A DNA stretch of 64,000 nt from Lama guanicoe. Taxonomy: Eukaryota. The position numbers were made by a program, and so were the translations under genes. Numbering within the stretch: the stretch's first letter is position 1; each line of letters starts with the position of its first letter. This document shows, piece after piece, positions 39,264-53,000 of this stretch. The notes beneath the pieces were generated by a model. The model saw nothing but the letters and a program-made list of their open reading frames with translations, was not told where the DNA came from and made no database searches. The stretch is from positions 6,149,842 through 6,213,841 of the forward strand of contig MU053557.1 of the NCBI GenBank assembly GCA_013239625.1. The letters are read 5' to 3'.

Positions 39264-41099
39264 CTGGGCGGAGAGACAAGGGACATGTGGTTCAGATGCC
39301 AGAGCCAGGGGAAAGCCTGGGTGCTAGTGGTAGAGACAAGGGAGACTGGGAAAGCCGTGGTAGCCCGGAAGCATCCAGGAGAAGTGACTTTCAGCTGCTA
39401 CTGGATCAAGACTGCAGCATCTATTCTGCAGGGAACCATAGGGTCCCTCCCACTGGCTCCTCCCTTCATCCTTGGAGCCTGGACCAAACAGGGGAGTCCT
39501 GAGAATAACCAAGGTCTTTCCAGGTGTCCCGATCCCAAAGGACCCAGAGCCTTGTACTGAGAACATCTCTGAGGTCAGGATTCCTGCCATAAGTTCTGGC
39601 ATGGCCCACGAAGCCCCTTACAATATAAGAGATAAAGAAGTATGCATATCTGCATTCTCTTAGGGGCTCCTGTACCTTAACTCAAAGAATTCACCAGTGA
39701 GAACTGGGCCCTGGGATCTGAACTCACAAACTGTGAAGGCACCAAATCCTACTACTGGTGTTCCTGTCGCTCCACCCACACCCGATGCCCCACTGATAGA
39801 GGCGAATCCCAGGGGGCCAGGCGCCAGCCGTCCTGGGCTCCTAGGCTACCTGGGCAGAAGAGGTCAAGCCTATGCTTATCTCCTCTTCCCCAGGATGTGC
39901 TTTCCAGGATCTCAACCCTCCCCCGCCCAGCTCTCTTTGGGACTGAGCCTAAGGTCACAGAGCCGGCACGCTTACGGTCCCCGCTAAGGTGTTAGATATT
40001 GAGGAGGCCACATCCTGACTCCGAGATACGGGCTGGAACTCCTGTCTGGAACATGTGCTTCGAAAATGGGGGCAAAGGTCACACTTTCCCACTCCTGAAG
40101 TTTCTCCTGATCACTCCCCGGCTGCTTAATGTGGAATGTGGATTGTTACGGTGACGGGAGGAAGAGGACTGGGAGCAGCTGCTGGCACATGTGTGTGGCG
40201 GGAGGTGAAGGGAGTGAAAGAATACATAAATTAAGAGGTGGCTTAATTCATACATAAACCTTTCTAAAGGTTTGGTCCTTGGAGCAGGGCTTGAGACACC
40301 TCAGTGCCTGTTCCCATGAGGCCCGCAGTCACAGACGCTCCTGCGGGGCCGGGCAGGTAGAGGGGAACTGGCAGGGTGGGAGGTGTGCTCCAGGCCACTG
40401 CAGAAGGGAGGCTTGCTCTTGCCAGAACTTTCAATTATTCAAAAGAATCCAGAGATCTGGTTTTCGAACAAAATCTCCCTCGTTTTAAATGTTAGCCACA
40501 AACTCAGTGTTTCTTTAAAAAACACATTGTGGGGAAAATGAACAACGGGGAAAAAAAACCCAACTTGGCAAGTGGAATCCAGCCGTGGACACCAGTGTGC
40601 AGCCTCTTTGGCTTTTTTCTACGTCCTCCTTGGGTGGGAGGGAGCAGCAGGGCTCGGCTGCAGGAGATGGAAGGCAGGCAGCCCCAGAAATGCCACGGCC
40701 CTGCTGGCGCCCCTGCTGGTGTCCTCAGGTACAGGTAGTGGCTGGGGAAGCCATGGCAGGAGGGAGGCTGGAGAGGAGGGGGAAGGGGTGCATGTGGAGA
40801 AAGAGGACACAGGAAAGGATATTCCTGGGCACAGAGAGACAGGGTGTGTGGAAGGAAACGCAGTCACCTGCTGGTGCAAACCATGGGGGACAGAAGAGAC
40901 CCTGGATGCTCAGACTCTACACCCAGGTAAGCCAGAGAGAAACCATCTCAAGTTTGAAGATAATCAAATGGGCAGAGAGGGAGGGACAGCCACAATGAGG
41001 ACTTTACTCCCGAGAAGCCACCCTTGTCTAGGGAAACAGGGAGAAGGTGTCCACAGCCTTCAGTAACCCAGCAGAGAGCTTGGGGATGGGTGGACCAAC

Positions 41100-41179
41100 C
41101 TGCAGCAGGACCACGAGCATCTTCCGGAAGTGGCCGGAGGTGTCCCCAATGACGTCAGCTTCCAGGTCTCGCTCATAGG
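41100..41179 (-). CDS. ANXA6: ANXA6 exon 7 (80 nt; YERDLEADVIGDTSGHFRKMLVVLLQ)
   Basis: AG/GT bounded, DTSG motif. Confidence 0.97.
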
Positions 41180-42104
41180 CTGCAGGGAAGGAACACAACC
41201 TTAGTCTCATCCCCAGGACACCCCAGGGACCCAGGAGAATGGTCCCTGCTGCCCCGAAAATGATCAGGTATTTGTTACAAATCCCGAAACCCAGTCCCCA
41301 GGATGGCCATGGCATGACCCAGGGTGTATTTTCACAGTTCTTTGTACTGAACTGGAATCTGCCCACTGCTCTCTATGCCCACCTATGCCGTCTGACTCCG
41401 GACACGGCCATCACTCACGTGGACAGTGCCTATAGCCTTCTGACTGTTCTCTCTGCTTCTCCAGTCCACAGCAACAAGAGTGACCGTCTTAAAGCCCATA
41501 GTGATCATGGGCTCCCCTGCTTCCCGCGGGACTTGGAATACACATCTCTTTCTCCTGGTCTGCAAGGCCCCGTGCGACCCCGCCTCACCCTCATTGCTCT
41601 CGCCTCACACCGCACACCAGGCTCACTGTGCCCTAGTGCATCTGGACTTGCCGTTCCCTCTCCTGCCTGGGTCTTCTCCCCACTCTTTATACAGCTGGCT
41701 CCTTCTCATTTCCTTCCAAGACAGGCTTCCCCGATCACCTGTCTGAATCACATCCTCCCCAGTTAAAGCCTGATGTTTGTTTTTTCATCTGTTTCCTTCA
41801 TAACTCTTCACCACAACGTGTCATCATCATGTTTCTTTATTTGCCTCTTTAATTGTCTATATCCCCCGTTACCTCATTAATCTAGAAGCTCTCAGAGGCA
41901 GGGACTACACAGGGACCATCGTATCCTGAGAACCTAGCACACTGCCCAGCACAGAGCTGGAACTTACTGGATGGACAGATGGATGGAAGGACAGATCAGA
42001 GGGAAGAAGGAAAGATGGATGGATAGAGTCTTAAGATCCCTACTCTTGCAATCACCCTCATACAGTAAGTGAAAAACCTGCATGGCCCCTCCCACCCATC
42101 TTAC

Positions 42105-42195
42105 CATCTTTGTACGCTGCCACCAGCTGGTGGATCTGCTCATTGGTCCGGGAAGCCAAGATCTCAATGAGGCACTTCTCATCGGTACCAATGCC
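42105..42195 (-). CDS. ANXA6: ANXA6 exon 6 (91 nt; [30 protein letters not shown])
   Basis: AG/GT bounded, GxGTDE motif. Confidence 0.97.
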
Positions 42196-43161
42196 CTGAG
42201 AGAAAAGAAGGGCCATGTGAGTCAAGGGCTGGGATGGGAGGCCACCTGCCGCGAGGTGGGAACCTGGGGTGGCCAAGCTAGGAAATCCCTAGCACACAGG
42301 GGGCTCCGAACAGAGCTCTCAGGCACCGATCTGGAGCTGCTGCCCAGAGAATCAAAAGACATGGGTTCTAGGTTCGCATCTGCCTGCAGTTTGCTTTATA
42401 ACCTTTCATAAAAAACTGTATCTTTCTGGGCCTCAGTTTTCACATCTGTAAAATGGAGATGACACTAGTTGCTCTGCTGAACTCACATGAAGATTGAGAA
42501 GGTAATCATCTCTGACATTGCTAATTTATTAGTTTGTGAAACAAATTCATGTTTAATAGCTCATCTGAGGCAAGGGTCATAGCACTTTAGAAACTGTAAA
42601 GTGCTCAGTACACTCAAAGGCTTTTGATCTCTCCCTGCTTTGTAGGGAGCAACTCTCCAACTCCACCAGACTGAGCTGGCTGCTCATATCCTGAACACAC
42701 CCCCACCCCAACTCCTGCCATCTCCTCTCCAATCTGCAATGACCTGCCCACTCTAACCAACCAAATTCTCTCCAGCCTTTGGGCCCAGAGCCATCCTCTC
42801 ATCTTCTGTGACACCCTTTCCAGCCACCCTAGCCCAGGGAGTGCTCTCCTAAATTCCTTTAGGATGCCCTTGGCCCTTGGGTGTTGGATACAATCTGTTT
42901 CCACATCCCTGAATCCTGCTTCCTCAGGACTGTCAGCTGCTGGGGGGAGCAGGTGTGAGCCCCACATAGACGTCTGTCCCACCTCTGTCCATCTGGAGGA
43001 GACTGCACGCCCCTGGGATGGGATGCGGGCAAGCTGCCTCATGAGGCAGGGCCCACGCGCCAGGGGTGTGTAGGGCTCACTGAAGACCTGCTGTAGAGGC
43101 TGAAATCTCCCCATGAACCACTCCCCAACCCCAAACACACATGCAGACCCACACCTCTTAC

Positions 43162-43275
43162 CGAGATGGCATCTTTCATTTCTTTGGCATCACCATAAGC
43201 AGGTGGCCTCATCAGACCCACAATCAGTCGTTCAAACTTCCCCGTCAGCTCATACTTCAAGTCAGCAATGAGGTC
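43162..43275 (-). CDS. ANXA6: ANXA6 exon 5 (114 nt; DLIADLKYELTGKFERLIVGLMRPPAYGDAKEMKDAIS)
   Basis: AG/GT bounded, annexin repeat sequence. Confidence 0.97.
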
Positions 43276-43834
43276 CTGGTCGGGGGAGCAGGGGGGAGGA
43301 GATGGAGGAGGATGGGGAAGAGCAGTTATAATGATAAGAATTACATTTAACAAGCACTTACTCTGTACAGGCACTGGGCTAAGTAATCTCATTTAATCAT
43401 CACTCCTGGAGGTACGCATTAACATCACCCTTAAGACATGGGTTTAGAGATGCCAGGTAACTTGCCCAAAGGCATGCAGCTTGCAAACGGCAGGACCAAG
43501 TGCACAGCACTGTGCCTCCTCCTCACCGTTGTTTACTTGTTTATTGTGCATCTCTTGCACCATCTGTGAGTCTGCAGAGTTGACACCCACCCGTGTATTA
43601 TTCACCTGTGTAGCCCTAAGACCTAGCAGAGCGCCCAGCATGTAGCCGGTGCTCTAGATGTTATCTGTGGCTCAGTGGTCCCTGCCTGACTGAGAGAAGG
43701 AAAAAGGAAGGCAGAAGTGAAGGCACAGAGGCTGACCTGGGGTAAAATTTCCAAGAAAGGCCCTGGATGAACACACAGGTGAATGCAATCACTCCCCCGT
43801 CCCCATCCCACAACCCTCTGGTTGCCATGGTTAC

Positions 43835-43929
43835 CTTGCCATAGAGGGACTTGTAGTTCTGGCAGATCTCCTGCCTCTGCCTGTTGCTCCGGGAAGTGAT
43901 CAGCTCCAATATGGCCTCCTTGTCACTGC
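43835..43929 (-). CDS. ANXA6: ANXA6 exon 4 (95 nt; SDKEAILELITSRSNRQRQEICQNYKSLYGK)
   Basis: AG/GT bounded, frame continuous with neighbours. Confidence 0.97.
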
Positions 43930-44639
43930 CTAGAAGAGGGGAGGCACCTGTCACCCCCTCCCAATCTGCCTCCAGGAAGCCCGCCAAGGCTGCTCCCTAC
44001 AGTCCTCATCAGCCTTCTGTGCATGTGAGGCAGCGGCGTGGGAGGGGAGGATCTATGGGGATCTGACAAGCCCCGGCTGAGGGGTTCCTAGCACATGTGT
44101 AGTACCTGAGCTCGCAGGGCCCATGAATCAGCTCCTCATCACGTGAGTAAGAAAAACGAGGCGCAGAGAGGGGCCAGGACTCACCCAAGGTCTCCCAATG
44201 GGCCTGGCTTAGAAAAAGCCAGGTGTCCTAACACACAGGACGGGGTTCTTTCAGTGACAAGGAAAACAAAAGAGAATAATAAGCAGCAAGTTCAAGGCAG
44301 TGGTTACCCCCGGGAGCAACGGCAGGATGATGTTATCAGGAGGGAGACCAACCACAGAGGTTTCAACTCTATGAGCAAGCAAGTGCTACTTCTTAAGATG
44401 GACGGCAGGTCTACAGGTGAAGCTTCTACTGCTCTTTAGATCTTTTTTTTATTGGTCTGGAATAGTTCATTTTAAGATTATGAAAAATAATAAAAGAGGA
44501 GACCAAAGAATGAGTGAGTATGTGTCACCATCTCATCCCCCACGACCGAAAGGGCTCTGGGCTGCGCCCACATGTGGGGACACCCCCGAGCCCCAGTGAA
44601 TCCTGCTCCGCAGGCCCCACCCCCGGCGCCGGCACCCAC

Positions 44640-44730
44640 CGAAGCCCTTCATGGCGTTGTACAGAGTCTCGGCATCCTGGCTGGGGTCAAAGTCAGGGAA
44701 GTCATGAATGGAGCCTCGGTACTTGGCACC
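44640..44730 (-). CDS. ANXA6: ANXA6 exon 3 (91 nt; GAKYRGSIHDFPDFDPSQDAETLYNAMKGF)
   Basis: AG/GT bounded; translation is the annexin N-terminus and repeat 1. Confidence 0.97.
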
Positions 44731-47620
44731 CTGCAGAGAGAAGAGCACAGGTGGGCTGCTGACCTGGCCCCGAACTCACGGGGCTCTCAGCCCCAACCCC
44801 AGCTCACGCCCCCAGCCCTGCCCGGTGGCTGAGTCCATGCTGAGCGCCCGGCCCCTAACATGCAGCGCTGACCACAGGAAGCCCGGGCAGGTATCCGGAG
44901 GACTCTCCCTGGACCTCCTGCCCCCACCTGCCCCAAGGATGGTGCTGCTTCCCCGCGGGAGGGTGGCTCAGCCAAGCCCATGGTTCTGCACCGCTTTCCG
45001 AGGACTCAGGAGAGACAGAGGCCAAACTGAGCACAAGGGGTGGAAATGGTTCCTGCAAGAGTAACAACTCTCACCTCCCCGCCACCCCAGCACAAAGCCC
45101 TTTCACCTCCATGAAATGCGACTATTTTACCATCTTGTAGAAGCACTTAAGATGATCTCTATCATAGAAATAAAGAAACCAAGCCCCACAAAGGGACGCG
45201 TCTTGCTGGGGTCACACAGAACCCAGATCTCTGGCCTGTTCCCCTTTGCTCTCCAGCTCCAGAAACCTTGCAGCTGCCGGCTTCCGAGGGTGGAGTCTCA
45301 GCCTGGGAGGCGGGAGTTGCAACGGGACCAGAGCCACCCTCAGAATCAACGCCCAGACAAGGTGCTGCCCCTCTGGGGCCAGTAAACTGAGCCGTGAACT
45401 GGCATCTGAGGACAAGCTGGCTGGGTCCTTGAGGTGAAGGCGGGGAGAGGCAGAGCCAGAGAATCTTAGACATTGAACCTGAATGCACAATGGGCTGGTT
45501 CACAGAGAAGTCAGATGTCGGTCAGCCTCATGGCTCCGAGAAGCATGGGGCCCAGGAGAGCTGAGGATGCTGGAGCCCAAGGCACTGAGCACACAGTACA
45601 GTGACAGGGCACTTAGCCTGTGCCAGGCCCAGTGCAAAGGGCTGAAGACTCAGGAACAAAGAGGACCTGAGCCTGACTTTCATGAGCTTCTGACCCAGTG
45701 AAGGGGAGAGACTAGCATACAAATTAGCATAGAGCGTGTAATAAATACCCCACGTAACAGGCAAAGTAACATGGGAAAACAGTGGAGGGTGATTCCAGCT
45801 GGATGAGGGAACCAGGGAAGGCCTCACGGAAGGGGTGGGATGGCGCACATCACCGTGCCGTAAAGGAGTAAGAAGTGCAAGGGTGAAATGAGTCTCCGGC
45901 CATCTCCTACGTCTCCCAGGGCCCGCACTGCACGCTCCGTGGTTTACATCCGCCACTGCTGGCTCCTCCTAGGTATGCACGCGTGGGTGCCTCGTTGCTA
46001 TTTAAAGTTCTAACAGGGCGGGTGACCAGAAAGGGACATGGCCCTCTTCCCGCCACCAGTGAATCCCCTGCAACCTGATCACACGCCTGGGCAGAGAAGG
46101 AAAGAGTAACACAAGCCAAATACTTGGACCAGAAAACAGATCCTCCCTTTAGAAAGCTCCATGAGTGTGTGTCTTGTTCACTGCTGCGTTCCCAGCACCG
46201 AGCTCGGGACAGTGAGACATGCACTCACTGTCTGTTTCCTGGGTGGACAGGTGCTTGGGTGGAGACGAGACTATGAATACCCTGAGCGTATCAAAGAAGA
46301 CTTCCTGGAGGGGAAGTCTAAGCTGAGCCCTAAGGGATGAGTAACAGCTGGCCCAGTGGGTGGGAGAGGGAAGGAAAGGGCTTCAGACAGAGCACACAGC
46401 ATGGCCAAGGCCTGGAGCCAAGAGCAAGCAAGAACATTCAGGGAAGCCAGCCCAGATTCTCCAGGGCTCATCCAGATGCCCAAAGTCACCCAAAGTCGCC
46501 AAGTTCGTGGGATTGTAAGTGGTCAGGAGGGCAGGAGGAGCGGAGGAGAAGATGAAAGCGTAGCCCCAGGAGGAAGGGCAGAGGTCCCAGCAGCAAGCTG
46601 ACACCCTCCCCTCGCTGCTTCTCCTTCCCCTCCCCTCTCCTCACCCAGTGCAGGGGTGGAGGCAGGGTTTGGGGAAGAAGCTGCAGCTGAAAGAAGATAA
46701 GGCAGAGCCATGCTGGAGGAAAGGAAGTCTAACTGCTGACACAATGCTCGATCAAAACGTTTCCTTAGCAGCTTGGCCAGCAGCAAGGCAGCCTCCCCAC
46801 TACGTGGGTCTTAGCACAACGATAATAAAATCTTCTAGGAGGCTACCTGCCAGACTAGTTATCCCAGGATCACAGGCACAGGAGGAGGGGGTGCAGGGGG
46901 CCTCAGCACTGGTCACATTTAGAGATGTAGAGACAGTCCTTGAAATCACCCAGGTTTCCCATCATCGGTCAGTGTCACACCAAATCAGTGAATTTTGCAC
47001 CTCCAAGCACCACCTGTGCAGCTGTCCCCACTTCTCCTCACCCCGTCTGCTTGCCACTCCCCTGGCAGACAGGTTCCTGGCCTCAAGTACCAGTGATGGA
47101 GGGGAGGGGTGAGCAGAGAAGGGACTTTCCGCCCTGAAATATTCAGCAGGTCCAGATGCCAGCTGGTGAGCAGCCTGGACCCCGGGGCTCCGAGGTCTTG
47201 GGCCCCACCCAGGCCGCTGCTAGAGCAGGAGTCCTGAGGCGTCTTGGGAGCTGAAGCGACATGACCCAGAGAGATGGCTGCCTGGCCAGGACTCTACCAA
47301 AGAGCTGCCTCTACCTGGCCAGACCCAGGTCTCATCTCTGCCACTCCTGGAGTTCCAGGCACCAGCACCTGCCCCCCTTGCCCTGTACCTAAAGTGTTCT
47401 GATGCCCATCCTCACGTTCAAACCCAGAACATCCCTGTGAAACAGAGGCCGCAGAGCCATGCTTCCAGCCCATCCTATGACACTGCACCATTTCTTTACA
47501 TCTTTGGGCCTCCAGTTACCCCCTTCTGGAGGGAAAGATAGGGAAAATAACACAGTTACCACAGTAGAAGTAGGTGGAGGGTGATCTGGCCCAGAGAAAC
47601 GAGGGAGCAACTTGTTCTGT

Positions 47621-47622
<2 letters not shown>

Positions 47623-47658
<36 letters not shown>
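47623..47658. repeat. (GT)18 microsatellite
   Basis: Seen directly. Confidence 0.95.
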
Positions 47659-47661
<3 letters not shown>

Positions 47662-47763
47662 GAAGAGGACACATTATGAGCAGAAGTGGGAAGCTAATGA
47701 CTGGGAGCATTCATCACAAACTTCACCTCAGGGGAAGGAAGACCTTTCTCACACTTCTCTAGC

Positions 47764-48200
47764 ACAGCCCGACTGGTGATAGTTTGACTTATAATTTTTC
47801 AACTTTATGATGGAGCAAGAGCAATACATATTTAGCAGAAGCCGTTCTTCCAGTTTTGAAATTTGACCTTTTCCTGGGCTAGCGATCCGCGGTGCAATCC
47901 TCTCCCAGGACACTAGGCAGGGGCAGTGAGGGGCAGGGGCAGTGAGGTGCAGCTCCCGGTCAACCACGTAATCGTGAGGGTGAACAGCCGATACACTGAC
48001 AGCCATTCTGTACCCATACAACCACTCTGTTTTTCATGCACGATGGCAGGCTACCGTAGTGTTCTAAGCACATTTAAGGAAAGTGAAGCTGAGCTATGCT
48101 GTTCAGTAGGTGAGGTCTATTAAATACATTTTGACTTAATGATGTTTTCTTAACTGGTTTATGGGGACGTAACCCCCATTGTAAGTCGAGGAAGATCTGT
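47764..48200 (-). mobile_element. MER47/Tigger5-derived TcMar element
   Basis: Right end gtttatggggacgtaacccccattgtaagtcgaggaagatctgTA is the reverse complement of the MER47 terminus plus a TA target; degenerate partner end near 47764. Confidence 0.7.
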
Positions 48201-50013
48201 ATTGTCTTCAGTATCCTCCTCCCTACTCCAACCCTTGCACTCCAAGCATCCAGACTGCTTTTACTGCCCTGAACACACTACGTTTTCTCTCCTCTGGCAC
48301 TCTGTTCCAGCATCCCCTCTACCTAGCCCACTCTCAGCCCTCTTGCTCTTCCCGGAGTCACTCACTCCAGGCAGCTTTCCCTGTTCCCTCAACCTGTGTG
48401 CCCCCAGGGCTCCTTTACTGGCCCAACCAGAACATCAGCACTGGGAATGGGGGGGATCCAATACAACCAACTCAGCCTTACGGACAAGGGACCCCCTAAA
48501 GCCCTGACACCCTGGGACTCTTGCTTTTAGGATATCTACTGGCCCCTGGTCTATGGCAACAAGAAACCACAGGTCAGCCAGGCAGACAGCATGGTCTGCG
48601 AGCACTGGAGTGGGAGTCCAGAGGTCTGCACCCTAGGTTCTGGCCACTCTGGTCTCCCAGAGCCTGATCTGTCCACCTGGGTCATGCAGAACCCTGCAAT
48701 TCGAATGCCTCTCAAGAAGTAGCTTTGGGATGATTACAGATGGGAAATGGGGAGCAGCAAGATTTATGCCTTACTTCTCTGCTCATAAGCACTAGCACTC
48801 TCCTCCTGGTCAGAGAGGCCACTGGCGCAAAGTACACTCCTCAGAGGCTGATAGGGGGCCATCGGTAAGACTCGTGAGTATGGACCCTGTATCACATAAC
48901 ACACTGTGTGCTTCAGACAGTGTCAATAGATGTCCTTAAGGCTCTTGTTCATAGGGTGTCAAGTCATGAAGATGGGGACAAAGCTTAGTTATCACTGCGC
49001 TCAACCACCTCGTAATGGAAACTGGGACCCCAGAGAAGGTTAAGAACTCACCCAAGATCACACAGCTCCTGTACTGTATCTGTGGACAACAGCTGTGCGA
49101 CTGACGTGAGGGACCAAAGGGGCCAAGTCAGGCGCCCCGTAGTTATACTTCCCCTTTTCAGCTCCATCACTGCAGTGACCACGTCTGTTTCTCTAAGGCC
49201 AGACAACAGGGATCACTCTCACCTGGCACAGAATGACAGCTCTGACCAAGGACAGAACCTAATCCTGGCCACACACAGGAGTAAAAGCTCCGATACACCT
49301 CAAGTTCTACAGCCCAGCAAAGTGCTCACACAGCATGAAAGCTGGGGGGTGGGGGGTGGGGTCTCCCAAGTTGGGAAACTTAATCCCAAATGCATGTGAC
49401 GGGGAACATTTTTGCCTCCAGAGCAGAGAGGACCCTCTACTGCTTCTGCCTGTTCAGTATCCATCTCCCTTCCTGGGGCAACCACTCTTCAGCCATGCAG
49501 TTCTGGTGGGACCAACTCCACTGCCTGGATCCAAATTACCCAGGCCCAGCCAGTGAAACCAAACCCAGGACTTTTCCTGGAATCATTTGGAATAAATTAT
49601 GTTGTTTTCTGTAGGCTGCCCAAGAAACAGAATGGAAGCCTGGAGATTCTGGTGGCTAGCATGATAAATGAATAAAGCCCAATTGCCCAAGAATAAAGCC
49701 ACCCAGAGGAAGCCCAGTTCATACAGGCAGAATCCTGACAATATCATGTGGGCCCCTGGATCCAGCCAGACCTGAAGCCCTGGACTTCTCAGTCATGTGC
49801 ACCAGTACACATCCTTTCTGCTTAGGATGTTGTGTGTTGTTACTGGCCACTTGCATCTGAAAGAGCTGTGACTTGTAACAGGAATGAGCAAAGCCTGAGA
49901 ACCTCTCCAGCTCCTTTCATACTGAAGGAATCAGGGATCTGTACAGCAGGCCCAGTGACTCTAGGAGGAGCCCAGTCCCAGAGAAGTACTTCAGGAGGGG
50001 AGAGGCTCCTTAC

Positions 50014-50031
50014 CTGTGCTGGTTTGGCCAT
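50014..50031 (-). CDS. ANXA6: ANXA6 exon 2 coding part (MAKPAQ); exon probably 50014-50060
   Basis: Strong Kozak context gagaccATGG, donor CAG|GTAAGG, upstream acceptor ttctccacag. Confidence 0.95.
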
Positions 50032-53000
50032 GGTCTCAGGTTCTGCAGCAGCACAAAACACTGTGGAGAAAGGAAAGCCATGAGATTTCCCTGCACTCTG
50101 CTCCCCTCCATACTTTCCCCTCAATTCCTTCATCCTTCCTTCCTCCCAAGGGAGAGTCTGCTACCCCTGCTGTTTTCTAGCTGCTGCCAGCCCTTCAGGT
50201 TAAATCACATCCAAAGACCTGGCTCAGGGCCAGATTTTTCCGGAGGACAATGGAAGGACTAGCTGGTGTCCAGACGCTCACACCAGGATGGGAAAGGGAC
50301 TTGGAACTGAGAGGGAGAGAAAGCACGACCACTGACCAGCATGACATTCCTCCAGGCCATGCTTTCCCAGATGCTGTCTCACTTAATCCTCTTAGCAATC
50401 CTTCCCAGAATCAGATTCCCCTTTTCTGGAGGAGGAAACAGAGGATGGGAGCTCAGGGGGGTTAAATAATTTGCCCAAGATCATGCAGCTTAAAACTGAA
50501 TTCAACATCTAGATCCCAGAGTCCACGCCATCTGCACCTGGTGTGCTCTCATCCCAAGTCACCAAGAATGGTTCCAGGTCTGCAGACAAGCACTCAAGGG
50601 GCTCCAGGTTACCTGTTGCAATTATCTGAAGGGATATGGTTTCTTAAGCAACTACTCTGATTAGGCACTGCTCTAGGAACTGAGGATACAACAGTGAATA
50701 AAAGAGACTTTCTAAAACATGAGCTTCTCTGGAGCTTACTCTATAATGAGGAAGAGTAACAAACGCATACGACAAAAACTGAGAACAAACGATGAAGCCT
50801 GGTTGGGAGAGAATGACAAGGGGCGTGACCCCAGGTGGAGCAGTCAGGGGTCTCATGAACCACGTGGATCCTGGGGGCGGTGCTGTCAAGGAGTTCAGTG
50901 TGGCTGATGTGATGGCAGGGAATGGGGAGGGGGCACTGGCAGGATGAGGGGGTTGGGGACCAGTGCTGAAGGCCACTGGAAAGACTGGGTCTTTTTTCTC
51001 TGATGGGACAGAGGTCATGGGTCAGGGTGGGGACTGAACAAACAGAGGACACAAGACCTCACTGAAAGAGGTGTCAGGGACAGGGTCTACAGCAAAGGAG
51101 TAAGAAACAAAGATATCTTACCTAAAAAGACATGCGAAAAAGGATGTCACTGGTTTGGAAAGGGGAAGAGAAGAGGGAGGGGCTGGGTGACTGAGCGCTT
51201 GGGCAGGAAGGCAGAGATGGAAGAGAAAAGATCCTCTCAGGATAAGAGGAGAAAAAGGACCAGCACCTCCCATTCTAGTCCAGATTGCACGCTTTAATCT
51301 TTTTTAACCATGTCTATGTATTACTTTTTAAAAGCAGAAATAACAAACTCTGTCAGATTTATATTTAGTAAGACCTACAAGTTGCTGAACTAGAAAAGAG
51401 AGTAGAAGCGAGGAAGACACTTAACCTCAGCGCTTCCTAGTTCTTCAAATATCAATCCCCCTACCAAAAAAAAAAAATCTAAGGGGAAATGAGCCCCTGT
51501 TGTCCTCAGCACATAATCCTGCTCTCACTCTGGGGCCACTGAAGACCCTGCGACATGGTGGAAGAACACAGGTGTGGAGTCAGGCAGACAGACCTGGATT
51601 CAAGTCGGTTTTGTCACTGGTTAGCTATGTGACCTTGGGCATATTGCTCATCTCTGCATTCAAGGTTATCTCAAGTATAAGACCCAGGCTTTCCCTTTCC
51701 TGCCTTGGAGGGATGTTGCAGGAGAGGACCTAACTAGGTCAAGGCCAGGCAGAGACATGGTCTCGGCAGGTGGGGGCATTCAGGGTACTAGCAGGAAGCT
51801 GTGAGGCGCAGGCTTTGTCGTGTTTGCCTGGTCCCCCAAATCAGTCAGCAGACAGACACGAGATGGGCTGGGAGTGAAGAGCAGACGGCAGCGAGCTCAC
51901 TGCAGAGCTTGAGGAAACCCTGCTGTTTCCCTGACAACCAGGGGCCCTCGGTACGAACTGCAGCTCTCCTCAGGAAATGGAAACCCCCCACGGGGCAAGA
52001 GGGCGCCCACAGCTCCCCCCGGCTCTGGCCAGGAGCCAGCTCTGGGTTTCCTCACGCCTGGGGGCCAGTGTGGGTAAAGCGTGAGGGAGCTCCAAGGCCA
52101 GCAGAGAAACAGGGACCTCATGAGGCCCAGAAAGTCAGCTGAAGCCTGTCAACCTGCACTTGCGGCCTGGAAGCATTTTCCTCTGGCCTTGCTGCTGGAA
52201 ACTTCAGCTGCTGGCGGCAGCCCAGGCCCATCTGGACGGCTCAGAGGAGGAGCCTCCAAGTCTTCGGGAAAATGCTCTGAGCTCTGACAGCAGTTTACGT
52301 ATGCCTCTTGTGAGTGCACGTCTCGTGTGTACATGGAAAGCAAACTTCTTCCAGAACTTGATGTTCTGATTGCAGTTCAGGGGGCTGAGCGCCAACAGCA
52401 CCCCCCTCTGAGAACGCGGGGAAGCTCTGGAGCGAATCACAGAGGCGCCATCTACCCTGGCTTTCCGAGGGGCTCTGATACCTCCCAGAGCAATCCAGAC
52501 CCCACTTCTCAAATTGCCTGAATACATGTTTTATATCCAATGTTTCAGAACCCCAGAGGGCCCTAACGCTCCACTACTCCGAGCCCCTCACTTTCTAGGC
52601 GGGGTAAAGGTGTCTCAGAGAGCCAGGCCCCGACCACGGCGACATCCCTGCCTCCCAGCCCCAGGTCATAACAAGCCCCCACACCGCTATTGGCCCTGGC
52701 TGCAGTGGGGCGATAGGAAGAGGTCAAAGGAAAAGACCCAGGCTCTGCTTCCCAACCTACCCTCTGTAACCTCAGACAAGCCAGATTCCCTCTCTGGTCC
52801 TCAGTTCCTTCATCTGCATAATGTGGATAATATCACTCCCCGTTTAGGGAAGCCCAGAGTGGATGTGAGAAGCTTTTGTAGCTATCAGTTAGGGATTCTT
52901 ACAGCAAAATCACAGAGTATCAGTCCTAGGAGAGTTCGCCCCCAGGCCACAGTACTCCTCCCTATCCCCACCCCACCCTCAATATGCAAGTTTCGTCATC

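Noticed and set aside
12009..50031. ANXA6 as a pseudogene or two separate annexin genes
   Set aside because: All coding exons are intact, in frame and joined through the linker exon into a single 673-aa ORF.
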